A DNA stretch of 64,000 nucleotides from an uncultured Eubacteriales bacterium (GTDB lineage Bacteria > Bacillota > Clostridia > Peptostreptococcales > JAAYPU01): positions 10,183 through 74,182 of the forward strand of contig CAYSBC010000002.1 of assembly GCA_964429195.1 (NCBI GenBank). The letters run 5' to 3'. How positions within the stretch are numbered: position 1 is the stretch's first letter; the number at the start of each line of letters is the position of its first letter. Made by a program: the position numbers and the translations under genes. Below are positions 20,001 to 30,358 of this stretch, piece by piece. Below the pieces are notes generated by a model. That model searched no databases, had not been told where the DNA came from, and was given only the letters and a program-made list of their open reading frames with translations.

Positions 20001-20564
20001 TTATTTAAAATTTTCATTGAAATATCGAATGGCTTCATTAACACCAGAAGTAACAGCTCGCGACGATACAGTTGCACCAGATATAGCCGATACTTCATTT
20101 TCTTTAGGATTTCCGGATTTGATAACTAAAATATCCATGTCGGCCCTTTTGCCCCTATAGTGATTCGTAAATTCAGGATCTTTTGATTTGGCACCAAGTC
20201 CCGGGGTTTCATTATGGTTTCCAACTACTACACCGGTTATATTTCCTTCTATATCCATACCAACGGTGACTTCCATTATTCCCCCATATCCCTTAGGCAT
20301 AGTCTTTAAGGTATAGCCCACAAGATTATCATTCATAATCCCTTCATAAGCCTCTGTTATGATTGGGTACTTTTCAGGAACATTTATTTCGAGCTGATTA
20401 AAACTTTCTGCCAAAGGTAATATTTTTCTCCTAGCCTCATTGTTAGCGATAATCGTCTGTTCCTCGATAGGTCCCTTTGTTATCTGGTTGACATATCCAA
20501 GGCTCGCGGCAGCAACTGCTGTTATAATAAAAAGTATAACTCCGAATCTGAGGATATCCTTCAT
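20001..20564 (-). CDS. rnfG: Rnf complex subunit G (FMN-binding)
   Basis: 187 aa. Single TM segment and the covalent-FMN motif SGATVSSRAV. Confidence 0.9.
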   Translation of the reverse strand: MKDILRFGVILFIITAVAAASLGYVNQITKGPIEEQTIIANNEARRKILPLAESFNQLEINVPEKYPIITEAYEGIMNDNLVGYTLKTMPKGYGGIMEVTVGMDIEGNITGVVVGNHNETPGLGAKSKDPEFTNHYRGKRADMDILVIKSGNPKENEVSAISGATVSSRAVTSGVNEAIRYFNENFK

Positions 20565-21521
20565 CTACTTCACCTCCCCAAAAAGTTTAGGGTGTATATA
20601 TCTGTCTATCATTGGTGTAGCTACATTCATAAGCAAAATAGAATAGGTCACACCCTCAGGGTAACCACCATAAAGTCTTATTATAGTAGTTAGGACCCCA
20701 CATCCAATGGCATAAATGATTTGTCCTTTTGCCGTCATAGGCGATGTTGTATAATCTGTTGCCATAAAAATTGCACCCAACATCAGTCCACCGGCTAATA
20801 TGTAGTAAATAGTCAGATAAAAATCAAATCCACCTAATACAAAGGTAAGTACAGCTACTGTACCCATGTATATCAGTGGAATTCTAGGGCTAATAACTCT
20901 TCTATATACAAGATACATCCCCCCAATAAGCAAAAAAAGTGCTGATGTTTCACCAATACAACCACCTATGTTCCCAATAAAAAGATCTTTTAAGGATGGT
21001 AATATGGCATCTACACCAGCTTCTCCACTGAGGATTGCTAGAGGCGTCGCAGTCGATACAGCGTCGGCTCCGGGAGTTATCCAATTCGTCATATGAACAG
21101 GCCATGATGCTACAAGTAAAGCTCTTCCTGCAAGAGCCGGGTTCATAAAATTGTGTCCTAATCCACCAAATATTTGTTTAACAACCACAATGGCAAATAC
21201 AGAACCAATAAAAGAAATCCACCAAGGTGCTGATGCAGGCACATTTAATGCTAATAGAATACCAGTGACAGCAGCACTATAATCCTTTACTGTTATGGTT
21301 TGCTTTCTTATCTTTTGAACGGCTGCCTCAGCTACTAGGGCCCCAACAACTGCAACTAGGATTGCCTTTACAGCTCCTAATCTAAAAAAGTAAACACTGG
21401 CTATCATAGCCGGAATTAAGGCAATAACGACATCTTTCATTATTTTATCTACTGACGCATCGGAACGAATATGCGGTGATGATGATACAATCACTTTGTT
21501 TTCCATTTCTATTCCCCCCAT
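20565..21521 (-). CDS. rnfD: Rnf complex subunit D
   Basis: 318 aa polytopic protein. SSPH N-terminal motif, with FMATDYTTSP near the C-terminus. Confidence 0.9.
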   Translation of the reverse strand: MGGIEMENKVIVSSSPHIRSDASVDKIMKDVVIALIPAMIASVYFFRLGAVKAILVAVVGALVAEAAVQKIRKQTITVKDYSAAVTGILLALNVPASAPWWISFIGSVFAIVVVKQIFGGLGHNFMNPALAGRALLVASWPVHMTNWITPGADAVSTATPLAILSGEAGVDAILPSLKDLFIGNIGGCIGETSALFLLIGGMYLVYRRVISPRIPLIYMGTVAVLTFVLGGFDFYLTIYYILAGGLMLGAIFMATDYTTSPMTAKGQIIYAIGCGVLTTIIRLYGGYPEGVTYSILLMNVATPMIDRYIHPKLFGEVK

Positions 21522-21523
21522 TT

Positions 21524-22858
21524 TTACATTTGTTGTCTCGATTTTTTTATATTAATTTCATTTTTTGCTTCTCTTATAGCTTCTAATAAAAGCCTCTTCG
21601 AAGGGCATACAAATGAACATGATCCACATTCAATACAATCCAATGCATGTGCCGCCTCCGCTTTATCCATCATATTTCTTAAGGAGTAGGCACTTATAGT
21701 AAGAGGTGCTAATCCCATGGGACAAACATCTACACATCTACCACATCTTATACAATTTTGCGGCTCCGGTAACTTGGCCTCTTCTTCAGTAAGAATGAGT
21801 ATACCTGATGTTCCTTTTGTACAAGGTATTTCATCCGTATATTGGGCTAATCCCATCATAGGGCCACCCATAATAATTTTTCCGGTTCTTCCCTTATAAC
21901 CACCGCATTGTTCAATAATAGCCTTAAAAGTAGTGCCAATTTTTACTCTTAAATTTTTAGGTTCTGTTACACCATTACCTGTCACAGTTGTTATTCTTTC
22001 AATCAATGGCATACCTGTTTTTAAGGCTTCACCTATGGCCGCAGCAGTTCCTACGTTGCTTACCACAACACCTACTTCCATTGGTAATTTGCCCGATGGT
22101 ACCTTACGACCTGTACAAGCGTCAATCAACTGCTTTTCAGCCCCTTGAGGATATTTGACCTTTAAAGGAACAACTGTAATCCCATCCTCAGGATGAAGCA
22201 TTGTTTCTATAGTCTTTATAGCGTCAGGTTTATTGGATTCAATACCTATAAAACCTTTTGTGACATTAACAGCCTTCATAATAGCTTTAAAACCATAAAG
22301 AATAAGTTCAGGCGATTCAAGCATGAGCCTATGATCCGCTGTCAGATAAGGTTCACATTCCGCTCCATTGAGTATGACTGTATCAATCGGTTTGTCAGGG
22401 GGTGGTGATAGTTTCACATGGGTTGGAAATGTAGCACCTCCCATACCCGTAATTCCCGCTTCACTTATAATCTTTAAGATATCCTCTTTCGTTAATTCAG
22501 ATAAATCCAAGGGTGGCTTTATACTTTCATGTATCTCATCTTCACCATCCGATTCGATAATGACACATAGGGTTTGACCCGTAGGTGTAACCATGGATTT
22601 TATATCCTTGACTACTCCTGATACACTGCTATGTACAGGTGCACATACAAAGCCTTGTTGATTTCCAATCTTCTGGCCAACCTTTACCTTGTCTCCCACT
22701 TCTACTAAGGGTTGGCAAGGAGCTCCAATGTGTTGTTGCATAGGAATGTATACAATACTAGGCTCTTCAGCCTTTTCTACAGCTTTTCTTGCAGTAAAAT
22801 CCTTATGGTGCGGGGGGTGTGTTCCTCCCTTGAAAGTCCGCATTTCCAAACAACTCAC
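21524..22858 (-). CDS. rnfC: Rnf complex subunit C (NADH-binding, 2x[4Fe-4S])
   Basis: 444 aa. GMGGATFPTHVK, CIRCGRCVDVCP, CIECGSCSFVCP. The true start is probably the internal MRTFKGG. Confidence 0.9.
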   Translation of the reverse strand: MSCLEMRTFKGGTHPPHHKDFTARKAVEKAEEPSIVYIPMQQHIGAPCQPLVEVGDKVKVGQKIGNQQGFVCAPVHSSVSGVVKDIKSMVTPTGQTLCVIIESDGEDEIHESIKPPLDLSELTKEDILKIISEAGITGMGGATFPTHVKLSPPPDKPIDTVILNGAECEPYLTADHRLMLESPELILYGFKAIMKAVNVTKGFIGIESNKPDAIKTIETMLHPEDGITVVPLKVKYPQGAEKQLIDACTGRKVPSGKLPMEVGVVVSNVGTAAAIGEALKTGMPLIERITTVTGNGVTEPKNLRVKIGTTFKAIIEQCGGYKGRTGKIIMGGPMMGLAQYTDEIPCTKGTSGILILTEEEAKLPEPQNCIRCGRCVDVCPMGLAPLTISAYSLRNMMDKAEAAHALDCIECGSCSFVCPSKRLLLEAIREAKNEINIKKSRQQM

Positions 22859-23096
22859 TCCCTTTATCTCGGCAACCAGCTGTCACCTATACTTTATTAT
22901 GTATCAAAAAAGCTACAATGGCTATTTCGATATGCTCAATAAATAGACAAAAAAAATAAAATGACCTGTAATCACAACAATATGATACCACAAATCATTT
23001 TATAAATCAAGAAATCAGAGCAATTTTGTATATTGTATACGCATGTATTTTTGTTGCAAAAATCCCGAGGTTCTTTATGTAAAGGGACGGGCTATT

Positions 23097-23804
23097 TTAG
23101 TATTCATCCTCATCGAAAACATCTCTCAGTTTATTCAATGCTTTCTTTTCAATTCTAGAAACGTAAGACCTGGAAATCCCAAGTATCTTGGCGATTTCTC
23201 TTTGAGTTTTGCATCCTTCGGTACTCAGACCATACCGTAAGATAATGACCATTTTTTCTCTTGATTTTAACACCAAGCTCATCTTGTCATATAATTTTTT
23301 GATTTGTATCCTAATATTTACATCGTCAATAATTGTATCAGCATCGCTACCTAGTATATCATTAAAACTTATTTCATTACCTTCCTTGTCTATCCCTATT
23401 GGCTCTTGCATGGATACTTCGGTTCTGATTTTTTTGCCTGCCCGAATATTCATAAGAATTTCATTTTCTATGCATCTGGCAGAATATGTAGCTAATTTTG
23501 TTCCTTTATCTTTATTATAAGTATTGATTGATTTTATAAGGCCGATGGTTCCTATTGAAATAAGATCATCGGGATCTTTACCCGTATTTCCGTATTTTTT
23601 GACGATGTGGGCGACAAGTCTCAAATTCCTTTCAATCAAGGTATTTTTTGCTTCTAAATCTCCATTTTCATATCTTTCTAAACATTCTCTTTCTTCCTCT
23701 TCCGTGAGGGGCTTCGGAAAGGAATTTCCTACTGAGACATAAGACATTAATAGAATAAGTGGTTTTGAATACATTAGAGATGCGGATAATAATGATAATA
23801 ACAT
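23097..23804 (-). CDS. sigK: Sporulation sigma factor SigK (pro-sigma-K), uninterrupted
   Basis: 235 aa. Hydrophobic pro-sequence then NSFPKPLTEEEE. LIERNLRLVAHIVKKY, TYSARCIENEILM and GISRSYVSRIEKKAL match my recollection of B. subtilis SigK better than SigE. No skin-like insertion. Confidence 0.85.
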   Translation of the reverse strand: MLLSLLSASLMYSKPLILLMSYVSVGNSFPKPLTEEEERECLERYENGDLEAKNTLIERNLRLVAHIVKKYGNTGKDPDDLISIGTIGLIKSINTYNKDKGTKLATYSARCIENEILMNIRAGKKIRTEVSMQEPIGIDKEGNEISFNDILGSDADTIIDDVNIRIQIKKLYDKMSLVLKSREKMVIILRYGLSTEGCKTQREIAKILGISRSYVSRIEKKALNKLRDVFDEDEY

Positions 23805-23910
23805 GCAGTCTTCACCCTTTTCATTGTTATAGTCTTAAATTATATGTCTTAAAAGGGAAAATAGTGCATGTCACTATGAATTTACTCTTCCACTATTTTA
23901 TTAAAAATGA

Positions 23911-25326
23911 CTACCTTGGTAGAACGACTATGAATTCACTCCCAACATGAAGTTTACTTCTAACCTTGATATAACCTGAATTCTGTTTAACAATAATACG
24001 AGCAATAGCAAGTCCTAATCCCGTACCACCCGTCTTTTTAGTTCTCGATTGATCCACACGATAAAATCTTTCAAATACCTTACTTAATTCTTTTTTGCTC
24101 ATTCCGATTCCATCATCTAACACAGACATGTAAATGCTTTTATCGTCCGTTGAAAGAGTTATCTTAATATTGCCATGTTCATCTGTGTATTTTAGACTGT
24201 TCTCTATCAAAATGCGCATGACTTGTTTTATGCTATTTTCATCACAAATAGCTATCACATCTTCTTCAATTTCAAAAGTAATCCCCCTGCTGCCATGGTT
24301 TAATTCTAAATCCTTTTTTAGGGAAATAAACAAGTCGGAAAGATTGACTTTCTCTTTATGGAGAGCAAACCGATTATCATCACCACGAGCAAGGAATAAG
24401 AGTTTCTCAATTAAATCCTTCATATTATCCGTTTCTTTAATCATGGTTTCCAATGATTCATCAAGGATTTCTTGATCATTTTTCCCCCAGCGATTGAGCA
24501 TATCCAGGTAGCCCTTAATAGCTGCAATAGGTGTTCTCAATTCATGGGAAGCATCGGAGACAAATGCTTTTTGATCTTCATAAGCCTTTTCGATTCTATT
24601 GAGCATATGGTTTAAGGTGTCTGCTAATTCCTTAAGCTCACCCTTATATTGACTGCTATCAACTCTTCTGTCCATATTATCTGCTGTAATAAGATTCGTC
24701 ATGTCAATCATACGCTTCACAGGAACAAGTACACTGTATCCCGCGATATAGCCAAAAAGTAAAAAAATCAAAAATCCTATACACGAAGCCCCAATCAAAA
24801 CAAACAATAAGGAAAAGATATTGTGGGTATAGGGTGAGATATCATAGGTTATCTGATAAGGATTAACATCTAAATAAAATACCAATTCAATTGTTTGACT
24901 CTTAAGGATATCTCTTATGGTTCCTATACCCTCTCTGGACTGGAGTGGACCTGCTGCTAGCCAATACACATCTTCCTTTAAACGATAGATTTTACCTGTA
25001 TCCTTTTCATAATATGCTATCAGAAATTCAGTACTATCCCTGCCTTGTAGTTCGCTTTTTATCCTATTCATATCCGATAGGAATTCCTTCCTTTGTTCAT
25101 AAATTTTCCAACCTGTCACTACAAACAGCATAATGATAAGACAAATAACAAAAAGTCTTATATAAGAGTAGGATATACTATAAGACAAGGATTTCTCGAT
25201 TTTTCTTTTATTCAGTTTTTTTAAGGGTTTTCTTAAGATGATACTTACTATCAATAAAATAAGTAATATCTTAGAAAGAGTATAAAATACATTCCCACTT
25301 TCAAGTGCCGTCTTTAGAATATTCAT
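23911..25326 (-). CDS. Sensor histidine kinase (HAMP-HisKA-HATPase)
   Basis: 471 aa. Two TM segments, H-box SDASHELRTPI, N-box and G-boxes (DDGIGM, GGTGLGLAI). Confidence 0.9.
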   Translation of the reverse strand: MNILKTALESGNVFYTLSKILLILLIVSIILRKPLKKLNKRKIEKSLSYSISYSYIRLFVICLIIMLFVVTGWKIYEQRKEFLSDMNRIKSELQGRDSTEFLIAYYEKDTGKIYRLKEDVYWLAAGPLQSREGIGTIRDILKSQTIELVFYLDVNPYQITYDISPYTHNIFSLLFVLIGASCIGFLIFLLFGYIAGYSVLVPVKRMIDMTNLITADNMDRRVDSSQYKGELKELADTLNHMLNRIEKAYEDQKAFVSDASHELRTPIAAIKGYLDMLNRWGKNDQEILDESLETMIKETDNMKDLIEKLLFLARGDDNRFALHKEKVNLSDLFISLKKDLELNHGSRGITFEIEEDVIAICDENSIKQVMRILIENSLKYTDEHGNIKITLSTDDKSIYMSVLDDGIGMSKKELSKVFERFYRVDQSRTKKTGGTGLGLAIARIIVKQNSGYIKVRSKLHVGSEFIVVLPR

Positions 25327-25329
25327 GAC

Positions 25330-26010
25330 CTACTCATCCTTCATGATATAACCTACACCTCTTACTGTATGAATCATTTCTTTATTAAATGTTTGGTCAA
25401 TTTTGCTTCTTAAATATCTTATATAGACATCAATAATGTTGGTGTCCCCATAATACTCATAACCCCAAACAGCATCTAGAATATTTTCCCTGGATCGAAC
25501 AATATTCTTATTTTCCATCAAGTAAAGCAGCAAGTCAAATTCCTTTTTGGTTAAGTCAATTTCCTGTTTTTCATATTTTGCTATATGTCTTTCTTTATCG
25601 ATGGTAAGGGGCCCACAAGTAAGAATATTCTTTTCGGATGTGTTATTTGGTTTTCCACGTTTTATGAGAACTCTCAGTCTTGCCAATAATTCTTCAATGT
25701 GAAAGGGCTTTGTCAGGTAGTCATCCGCCCCCATATCCAGCCCCATCACTTTATCCATCACATGGTCCTTTGCTGTAAGCATGATGATAGGTGTATCTTT
25801 TACCTTCCTGAGCCTTCGGCACACTTCAATACCATTCAATTCCGGTAGCATGATATCTAAAATAATCACATCTACATCCTTATTGATGGCCATATCCAGC
25901 CCGGTTCTGCCATCAAAGGCTGTTAATACTTCATAGCCTTCATAGCCCAGTTCCAGCTCAATAAATCGACTTATGCTACTTTCATCCTCAACAATAAGAA
26001 CCCTATCCAT
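25330..26010 (-). CDS. OmpR/PhoB-family response regulator
   Basis: 226 aa. Receiver domain (VLIVEDE, DVIILDIMLP, LTAKD) plus a winged-helix C-terminus (VRGVGY). Confidence 0.9.
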   Translation of the reverse strand: MDRVLIVEDESSISRFIELELGYEGYEVLTAFDGRTGLDMAINKDVDVIILDIMLPELNGIEVCRRLRKVKDTPIIMLTAKDHVMDKVMGLDMGADDYLTKPFHIEELLARLRVLIKRGKPNNTSEKNILTCGPLTIDKERHIAKYEKQEIDLTKKEFDLLLYLMENKNIVRSRENILDAVWGYEYYGDTNIIDVYIRYLRSKIDQTFNKEMIHTVRGVGYIMKDE

Positions 26011-26020
26011 AAAACTCTCC

Positions 26021-26599
26021 TTAATCGATGATTATTTCGTCAAAATCATCCTCATTATCATCATTTGCTGTAAATTCCTTTTCCTTATCTTCTACACTGT
26101 CCTTCTTTGTTTCTTCTCCTCTTTTTACCGTATCTTCAAAAGCTTTTTTCATATCCGAAACGCCATTTTTAATGTTTTTTTCAAAGTCTTTATAGAGCGG
26201 GTTCAATGGATTATTATCATTTGAAACTTTGAATCTGCATCCTGTAAGAATGACTAAAAATAGCAAGAATAGGCTTTGGGGTAGTGCAAACAAAAATATA
26301 AGGAGAACAAAAATTAAAGGCATATTGATAAAAGTCTTATGATCATTATATACTATAAAGCTTCTTTTTAATAATTTTGATAGTAGCCTTTTAAAAAAAC
26401 CTTTCGCCTTTGTCAAGTCTTCCTTGTTTTTTTCTTTGCTCCCTTTAGGCTCCTTTTTTAACTTCGATTTCTTTTCTAAATAAATCAATGTGTCCAGTAA
26501 ATCTTCTCCATTTTTTTCATAGGCTTCTTTAGCCTCTGCAAAGGTTACATTCGCTTTCTCAATAATTTTTTCAATATCTTCGTATCTTTTATCAGACAT
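26021..26599 (-). CDS. Hypothetical membrane protein with an N-terminal UBA-like (DUF4342-like) domain and an acidic tail
   Basis: 192 aa. N-terminus ...ANVTFAEAKEAYEKNGEDLLDTLIYLEK, a central hydrophobic segment, and a D/E-rich C-terminus. The family assignment is from memory. Confidence 0.5.
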   Translation of the reverse strand: MSDKRYEDIEKIIEKANVTFAEAKEAYEKNGEDLLDTLIYLEKKSKLKKEPKGSKEKNKEDLTKAKGFFKRLLSKLLKRSFIVYNDHKTFINMPLIFVLLIFLFALPQSLFLLFLVILTGCRFKVSNDNNPLNPLYKDFEKNIKNGVSDMKKAFEDTVKRGEETKKDSVEDKEKEFTANDDNEDDFDEIIID

Positions 26600-26695
26600 T
26601 TCAACCTCTCCTTTTTTATTTGATAAGACTATACTACACGGATATCCTTAAGGGTTGATAAAAGAAACATTAAAATTGGATTAAAATGGTGCCTC

Positions 26696-27772
26696 TTATA
26701 TCATTTGGAGGCACCTGGATATAATATTTTCCTTGACCTTATTGATTTCGGTAAAATTCATATTCGCTATGTAATAGCCTTCTAACACATCGTGTAATTC
26801 TTTTGCTTTTTTAATGTTGTCTAAACCTGTATCAATAAGTAAGTTCATTATTTTTCGATCTTCATTCAATAGAATATCATATTTTTCTATTTCTGTGGTA
26901 TTGAGATAATTGTTCAAGTTATAGACTTGTTGATTCTTATCTTTAAATTGATCGCTAATTGTTAAACCTACATTCAAGCTTTTTATATAGACAGTTTCTA
27001 TTTTTTCAGGTATTAAGGGTGCATGGAATACCTCTACATAAAGACCCCGCTCTATGGCTTCATTATAAATCCTTTTTAAAAAAGTCGATTTACCGGTACC
27101 ATGATCCCCTTTTATATAATAAACCTTTTTTGTATCTGTTAATATATGCTCCGTAAAATCGATCCAACCCCTTGGAGTATATGCACTTCCAAAGAGATGC
27201 CTTGCTTTGCCTGCAGTTTTACTGACTGAAACCTTTTTAAATATTTCTTTTATGCACTTATGAGTTAATTCATTGACTCTTCCAAAATCCATGGCTTCAG
27301 AATACCTTTCCTCTATGTCCCCATAGATGGATCTTGCCGAAGCAAAATATTTATAGGCTCTGTTAAATAATTTTCCCACTTTCTGATTTGTTTTAATAAT
27401 CTCTACTTTATGGGACAAAATTTTTTCCACATCCCAATAATCCCCTAAATTGATAATTTCATCTACTACTCCAGGATTCCTAGGATCAATAATATGGGGG
27501 CTGGTACCATCGATAATGGCTATATTTAAATCTATGATCACAATTCCATCTACAGATTGATCATCTGAGGAACAATGGTGATATTCAACATCATACCCTC
27601 TTTCAAGCATTTCTTGTGCTATTTCTTTCATCATAGACGACTTGCCAACACCCGGACCACCTTTAATAATAAATATTCTATGGGCATCCTTTTCTATAAT
27701 ATAGTCATAATATGAATAAAAACCTCGTGAAGTATTTCCTCCAGGAAAAAATCTTCTTACTTTCCCACTCAT
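26696..27772 (-). CDS. Uncharacterised ATPase with two P-loop modules
   Basis: 358 aa. Two Walker A motifs, GGPGVGKSS and GDHGTGKST, each followed by a similar ERG(Y/L) module. This suggests an internal duplication. Confidence 0.6.
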   Translation of the reverse strand: MSGKVRRFFPGGNTSRGFYSYYDYIIEKDAHRIFIIKGGPGVGKSSMMKEIAQEMLERGYDVEYHHCSSDDQSVDGIVIIDLNIAIIDGTSPHIIDPRNPGVVDEIINLGDYWDVEKILSHKVEIIKTNQKVGKLFNRAYKYFASARSIYGDIEERYSEAMDFGRVNELTHKCIKEIFKKVSVSKTAGKARHLFGSAYTPRGWIDFTEHILTDTKKVYYIKGDHGTGKSTFLKRIYNEAIERGLYVEVFHAPLIPEKIETVYIKSLNVGLTISDQFKDKNQQVYNLNNYLNTTEIEKYDILLNEDRKIMNLLIDTGLDNIKKAKELHDVLEGYYIANMNFTEINKVKENIISRCLQMI

Positions 27773-27869
27773 TCCTTTATCTCCTCTATCTTACTCATTC
27801 ATGGTAATAACTTCTCTTTCTATTCTTATTTATTGGAGATAAATTATATGCCTTCAGTAAGCACAAAAT

Positions 27870-27915
27870 GCTCCCCTGTAAATAGCAGTCTGCCGACTGT
27901 TATTACAAGGGAGCA
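27870..27915 (-). terminator. Long imperfect hairpin downstream of the SDR gene
   Basis: gctcccctgtaaatagcagtc ... gactgttattacaagggagc. On the minus strand it is followed by ATTTTGTG. Confidence 0.45.
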
Positions 27916-27935
27916 CGGAGGAGTGTTTTTCTTAT

Positions 27936-28688
27936 TTATTGGGCAGTCCAACCGCCATCAACGACGATAACCTGACCTGTCATATAATTAGAAGCTTCCG
28001 ATGCTAAAAATACTACTGCACCACTTATTTCTTCTACAGTTCCATAACGCTTCATAGGTGTTTTACCTAATAAATTCTTCTTGATGGCTTCTGTTTCTAA
28101 TTCAAGCTCATTCATTTTCGTCTTTACATAACCAGGAGATACAGCATTCACATTGATATTATATCTGGCCCATTCAAGACCTAAAGCCTTGGTCATCTGG
28201 AGAACGCCGCCTTTTGCTACGCAATAAGGAAGAACTTGTTTTTCTCCTACCAATCCAAGTATAGAAGAAATATTGATTATCTTACCTTTGTTCTGCTTTA
28301 TCATGATCTTACCAAAGGCTTGGGCTGAAAAGAATACACTTTTGAGGTCCAAGTCAATAATTCTGTCCCAATCAGTCTCGGTAAGCTCCTCAGCTTTTTT
28401 AGTGATGCTGGAGCCTGCATTATTGACTAAGATATCAACCCTTGAAAACCTCTCTAAGGTCTTGTCTACTAAATTGTCAATGTCTGATTGTATCGTCAAA
28501 TCTGCTGCAGCAGCTAATGTATCTACCTCGTAATCCTTCTTTATTTCATCAGCAACCACATTGCAATCCTCTTGGCTTCTGCTGACGATGACAACATGTG
28601 CACCTGCCTTAGCTAAATCAATAGCCATTTGCTTCCCTAGTCCTTTAGTGGAGCCTGTAACAACAGCAATTTTGCCTGTTAAATCCAT
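27936..28688 (-). CDS. Short-chain dehydrogenase/reductase (SDR)
   Basis: TGSTKGLG cofactor motif, NNAG, and catalytic YCVAKGG. ATG at 28688 (MDLTGK) is preferred. The track's ORF starts at a TTG at 28703, 2 nt after the upstream stop. Confidence 0.85.
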   Translation of the reverse strand: MDLTGKIAVVTGSTKGLGKQMAIDLAKAGAHVVIVSRSQEDCNVVADEIKKDYEVDTLAAAADLTIQSDIDNLVDKTLERFSRVDILVNNAGSSITKKAEELTETDWDRIIDLDLKSVFFSAQAFGKIMIKQNKGKIINISSILGLVGEKQVLPYCVAKGGVLQMTKALGLEWARYNINVNAVSPGYVKTKMNELELETEAIKKNLLGKTPMKRYGTVEEISGAVVFLASEASNYMTGQVIVVDGGWTAQ

Positions 28689-28705
28689 TATATTTTCCTT
28701 CAAAA

Positions 28706-30142
28706 CTAGACCTCCTTTATACCTGCTAACTTTCTGGCTAGCTTCATCTTGTGTTCCAAATTGGCTTCTCTTACAAGCATAACCTTCATAGCCTGAGGTG
28801 ATCCAGCTCCGTGCATACTTTCTACTAAAGCAGTTCCGCCTGTCATGTTTTCAACCAGTCTTGCCATTCTTAATCTTTCCTCTGTAGGAACAGATTCTAC
28901 ACCCTTATAGTATTTTTCAATATAGTGTCCTAGCTCAGGATTTCTATATTCTGCTTCAAATGGAAGTGTTGCAATAAGTCCTCCAGCTAGGTCTTGGGAT
29001 AAGCGACCTATTTCATAGATAAATTTTGTAACATTGTATTTGCCTGAATTGGCTAATGCAGTGTTTACATAATAGGAGCCGCAAGGGGTCTGTGCACCTT
29101 CGCTTGAACATGCAATCGAACAAGAATACATGGTGTTAGCCAGGTGCGTCATTTCAGCAATTTTATCTTGAACATGGGATGCCTTTTCAACGCCGCTATA
29201 CTTCACAAGAGAAGCAGTTGCACCAATGAGAACATCCGATACACCGACTTTACATCCCCCATAGTTTTGTCTATGGTAGCTGGCAAATCTTTCAACTAAG
29301 GCTCCTGCATATTGATATTCCCTGAATAAAAATACTCTTTCCCAAGGTACAAATACATCCTCCAGTATCGTTAAGCACTCCCCACCAACCATTCCATATG
29401 CTGCATTTCCTTGATCGTACTCGCAATATTTTCGCATATCATTTGTTTGTCTACCAAACATATGGATAACGCCTTCAGCATCTACAGGCAGAGCACAACA
29501 TATGGCATAATCTTTGTCTTGTTCTTTCAAAGCCATCGTTGGCATGATAATCATTTCATGGGAATTAACCATACCCGTCATATGTGTCTTTGCACCTCTA
29601 ATAACAATACCCTCTTCATTTTCAGATACAACGTGAACAAAAAGGTCCGGGTCTGCTTGTTGACTTGGTCTCTTGCTTCTGTCACCCTTAACGTCTGTCA
29701 TAGCTCCTGCGACCATGAGGTCATTTTCTTGTACGTATTCTAGGAATTTCTTGAATCTCTCATGATAGTTTGTACCTAATTCTTTATCAATCTCATAGGT
29801 TGTCATGTAGGTTGCATTCATAGCATCGAAGCCAACACATCTTTGATAGCATGTTCCTGTTTGTTGAGATATCATTCTTAACATTTTGACCTTTTTTATT
29901 AAATCATCAATGCTATGATGAACATGTGTAAATCGATTGATTTTTTTACCTGTCAAATGAGATTTCACTGTCATAAGATCTTCAAATTCCGGATCATGAG
30001 CTAAATCATAAGTTACTGCAACGGAGTTAACGTGTGGTTTTGTCAATGGATGTTCCGTAACATCATCTATTTTCTCCCCATTTGCATAAATAACTGTCTT
30101 CATTGTCTTTAAACTCTCTCTATACTCAGCACCTGTTTTCAT
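28706..30142 (-). CDS. 4-hydroxybutyryl-CoA dehydratase / vinylacetyl-CoA isomerase (AbfD)-like protein of the HpaB superfamily
   Basis: Start set at the ATG at 30142 (MKTGAEYRESL), which has AGGAGG 8 nt upstream. About 478 aa. Family-typical N-terminus, with CYQRC (CxxxC) at the position I recall for AbfD Fe-S ligands. Confidence 0.75.
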   Translation of the reverse strand: MKTGAEYRESLKTMKTVIYANGEKIDDVTEHPLTKPHVNSVAVTYDLAHDPEFEDLMTVKSHLTGKKINRFTHVHHSIDDLIKKVKMLRMISQQTGTCYQRCVGFDAMNATYMTTYEIDKELGTNYHERFKKFLEYVQENDLMVAGAMTDVKGDRSKRPSQQADPDLFVHVVSENEEGIVIRGAKTHMTGMVNSHEMIIMPTMALKEQDKDYAICCALPVDAEGVIHMFGRQTNDMRKYCEYDQGNAAYGMVGGECLTILEDVFVPWERVFLFREYQYAGALVERFASYHRQNYGGCKVGVSDVLIGATASLVKYSGVEKASHVQDKIAEMTHLANTMYSCSIACSSEGAQTPCGSYYVNTALANSGKYNVTKFIYEIGRLSQDLAGGLIATLPFEAEYRNPELGHYIEKYYKGVESVPTEERLRMARLVENMTGGTALVESMHGAGSPQAMKVMLVREANLEHKMKLARKLAGIKEV

Positions 30143-30197
30143 GTTTGTTTCCTCCTTTAGATAGTCAAATAGTAATTTGTATTTACTTTTCTTGTAG

Positions 30198-30214
30198 TGC
30201 AATTTTTGTGCCAA
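30198..30214 (-). promoter_or_regulatory. Sigma-54 (-24/-12) promoter of the abfD-like/SDR operon
   Basis: The minus strand reads TTGGCACAAAAATTGCA, an exact match to TGGCAC-N5-TTGCA. Lies about 55 nt upstream of the ATG at 30142. Confidence 0.8.
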
Positions 30215-30306
30215 TGTATTAAAATGTTTTTGACACATTATTTAATTTTAAAAAAGCCTGATATTCCAACGTTCGTTTATTTTTACTATTTTCTTAAGAA
30301 GAAATT

Positions 30307-30335
30307 TTGACCTTTTTCTTGTAAACATGTATACT
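30307..30335 (+). promoter_or_regulatory. Sigma-A-type promoter of the enhancer-binding protein gene (TTGACC-17-TATACT)
   Basis: TTGACC at 30307-30312, a 17-nt spacer, then TATACT at 30330-30335. Lies about 65 nt upstream of the ATG at 30402. Confidence 0.5.
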
Positions 30336-30358
30336 TCATGTTACTTTACATGTATACT
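30325..30358. promoter_or_regulatory. Candidate upstream activator sequence: two copies of ACATGTATACT, 23 nt apart
   Basis: Identical 11-mers at 30325-30335 and 30348-30358. Each contains the palindromes ACATGT and GTATAC. They lie 111-144 nt upstream of the -24 element and overlap the regulator's own -10. Confidence 0.4.

Noticed and set aside
23097-23804. Possible skin-like interruption of sigK
   Set aside because: The ORF is continuous from the pro-sequence through region 4.2, and no recombinase is nearby. The gene is intact.
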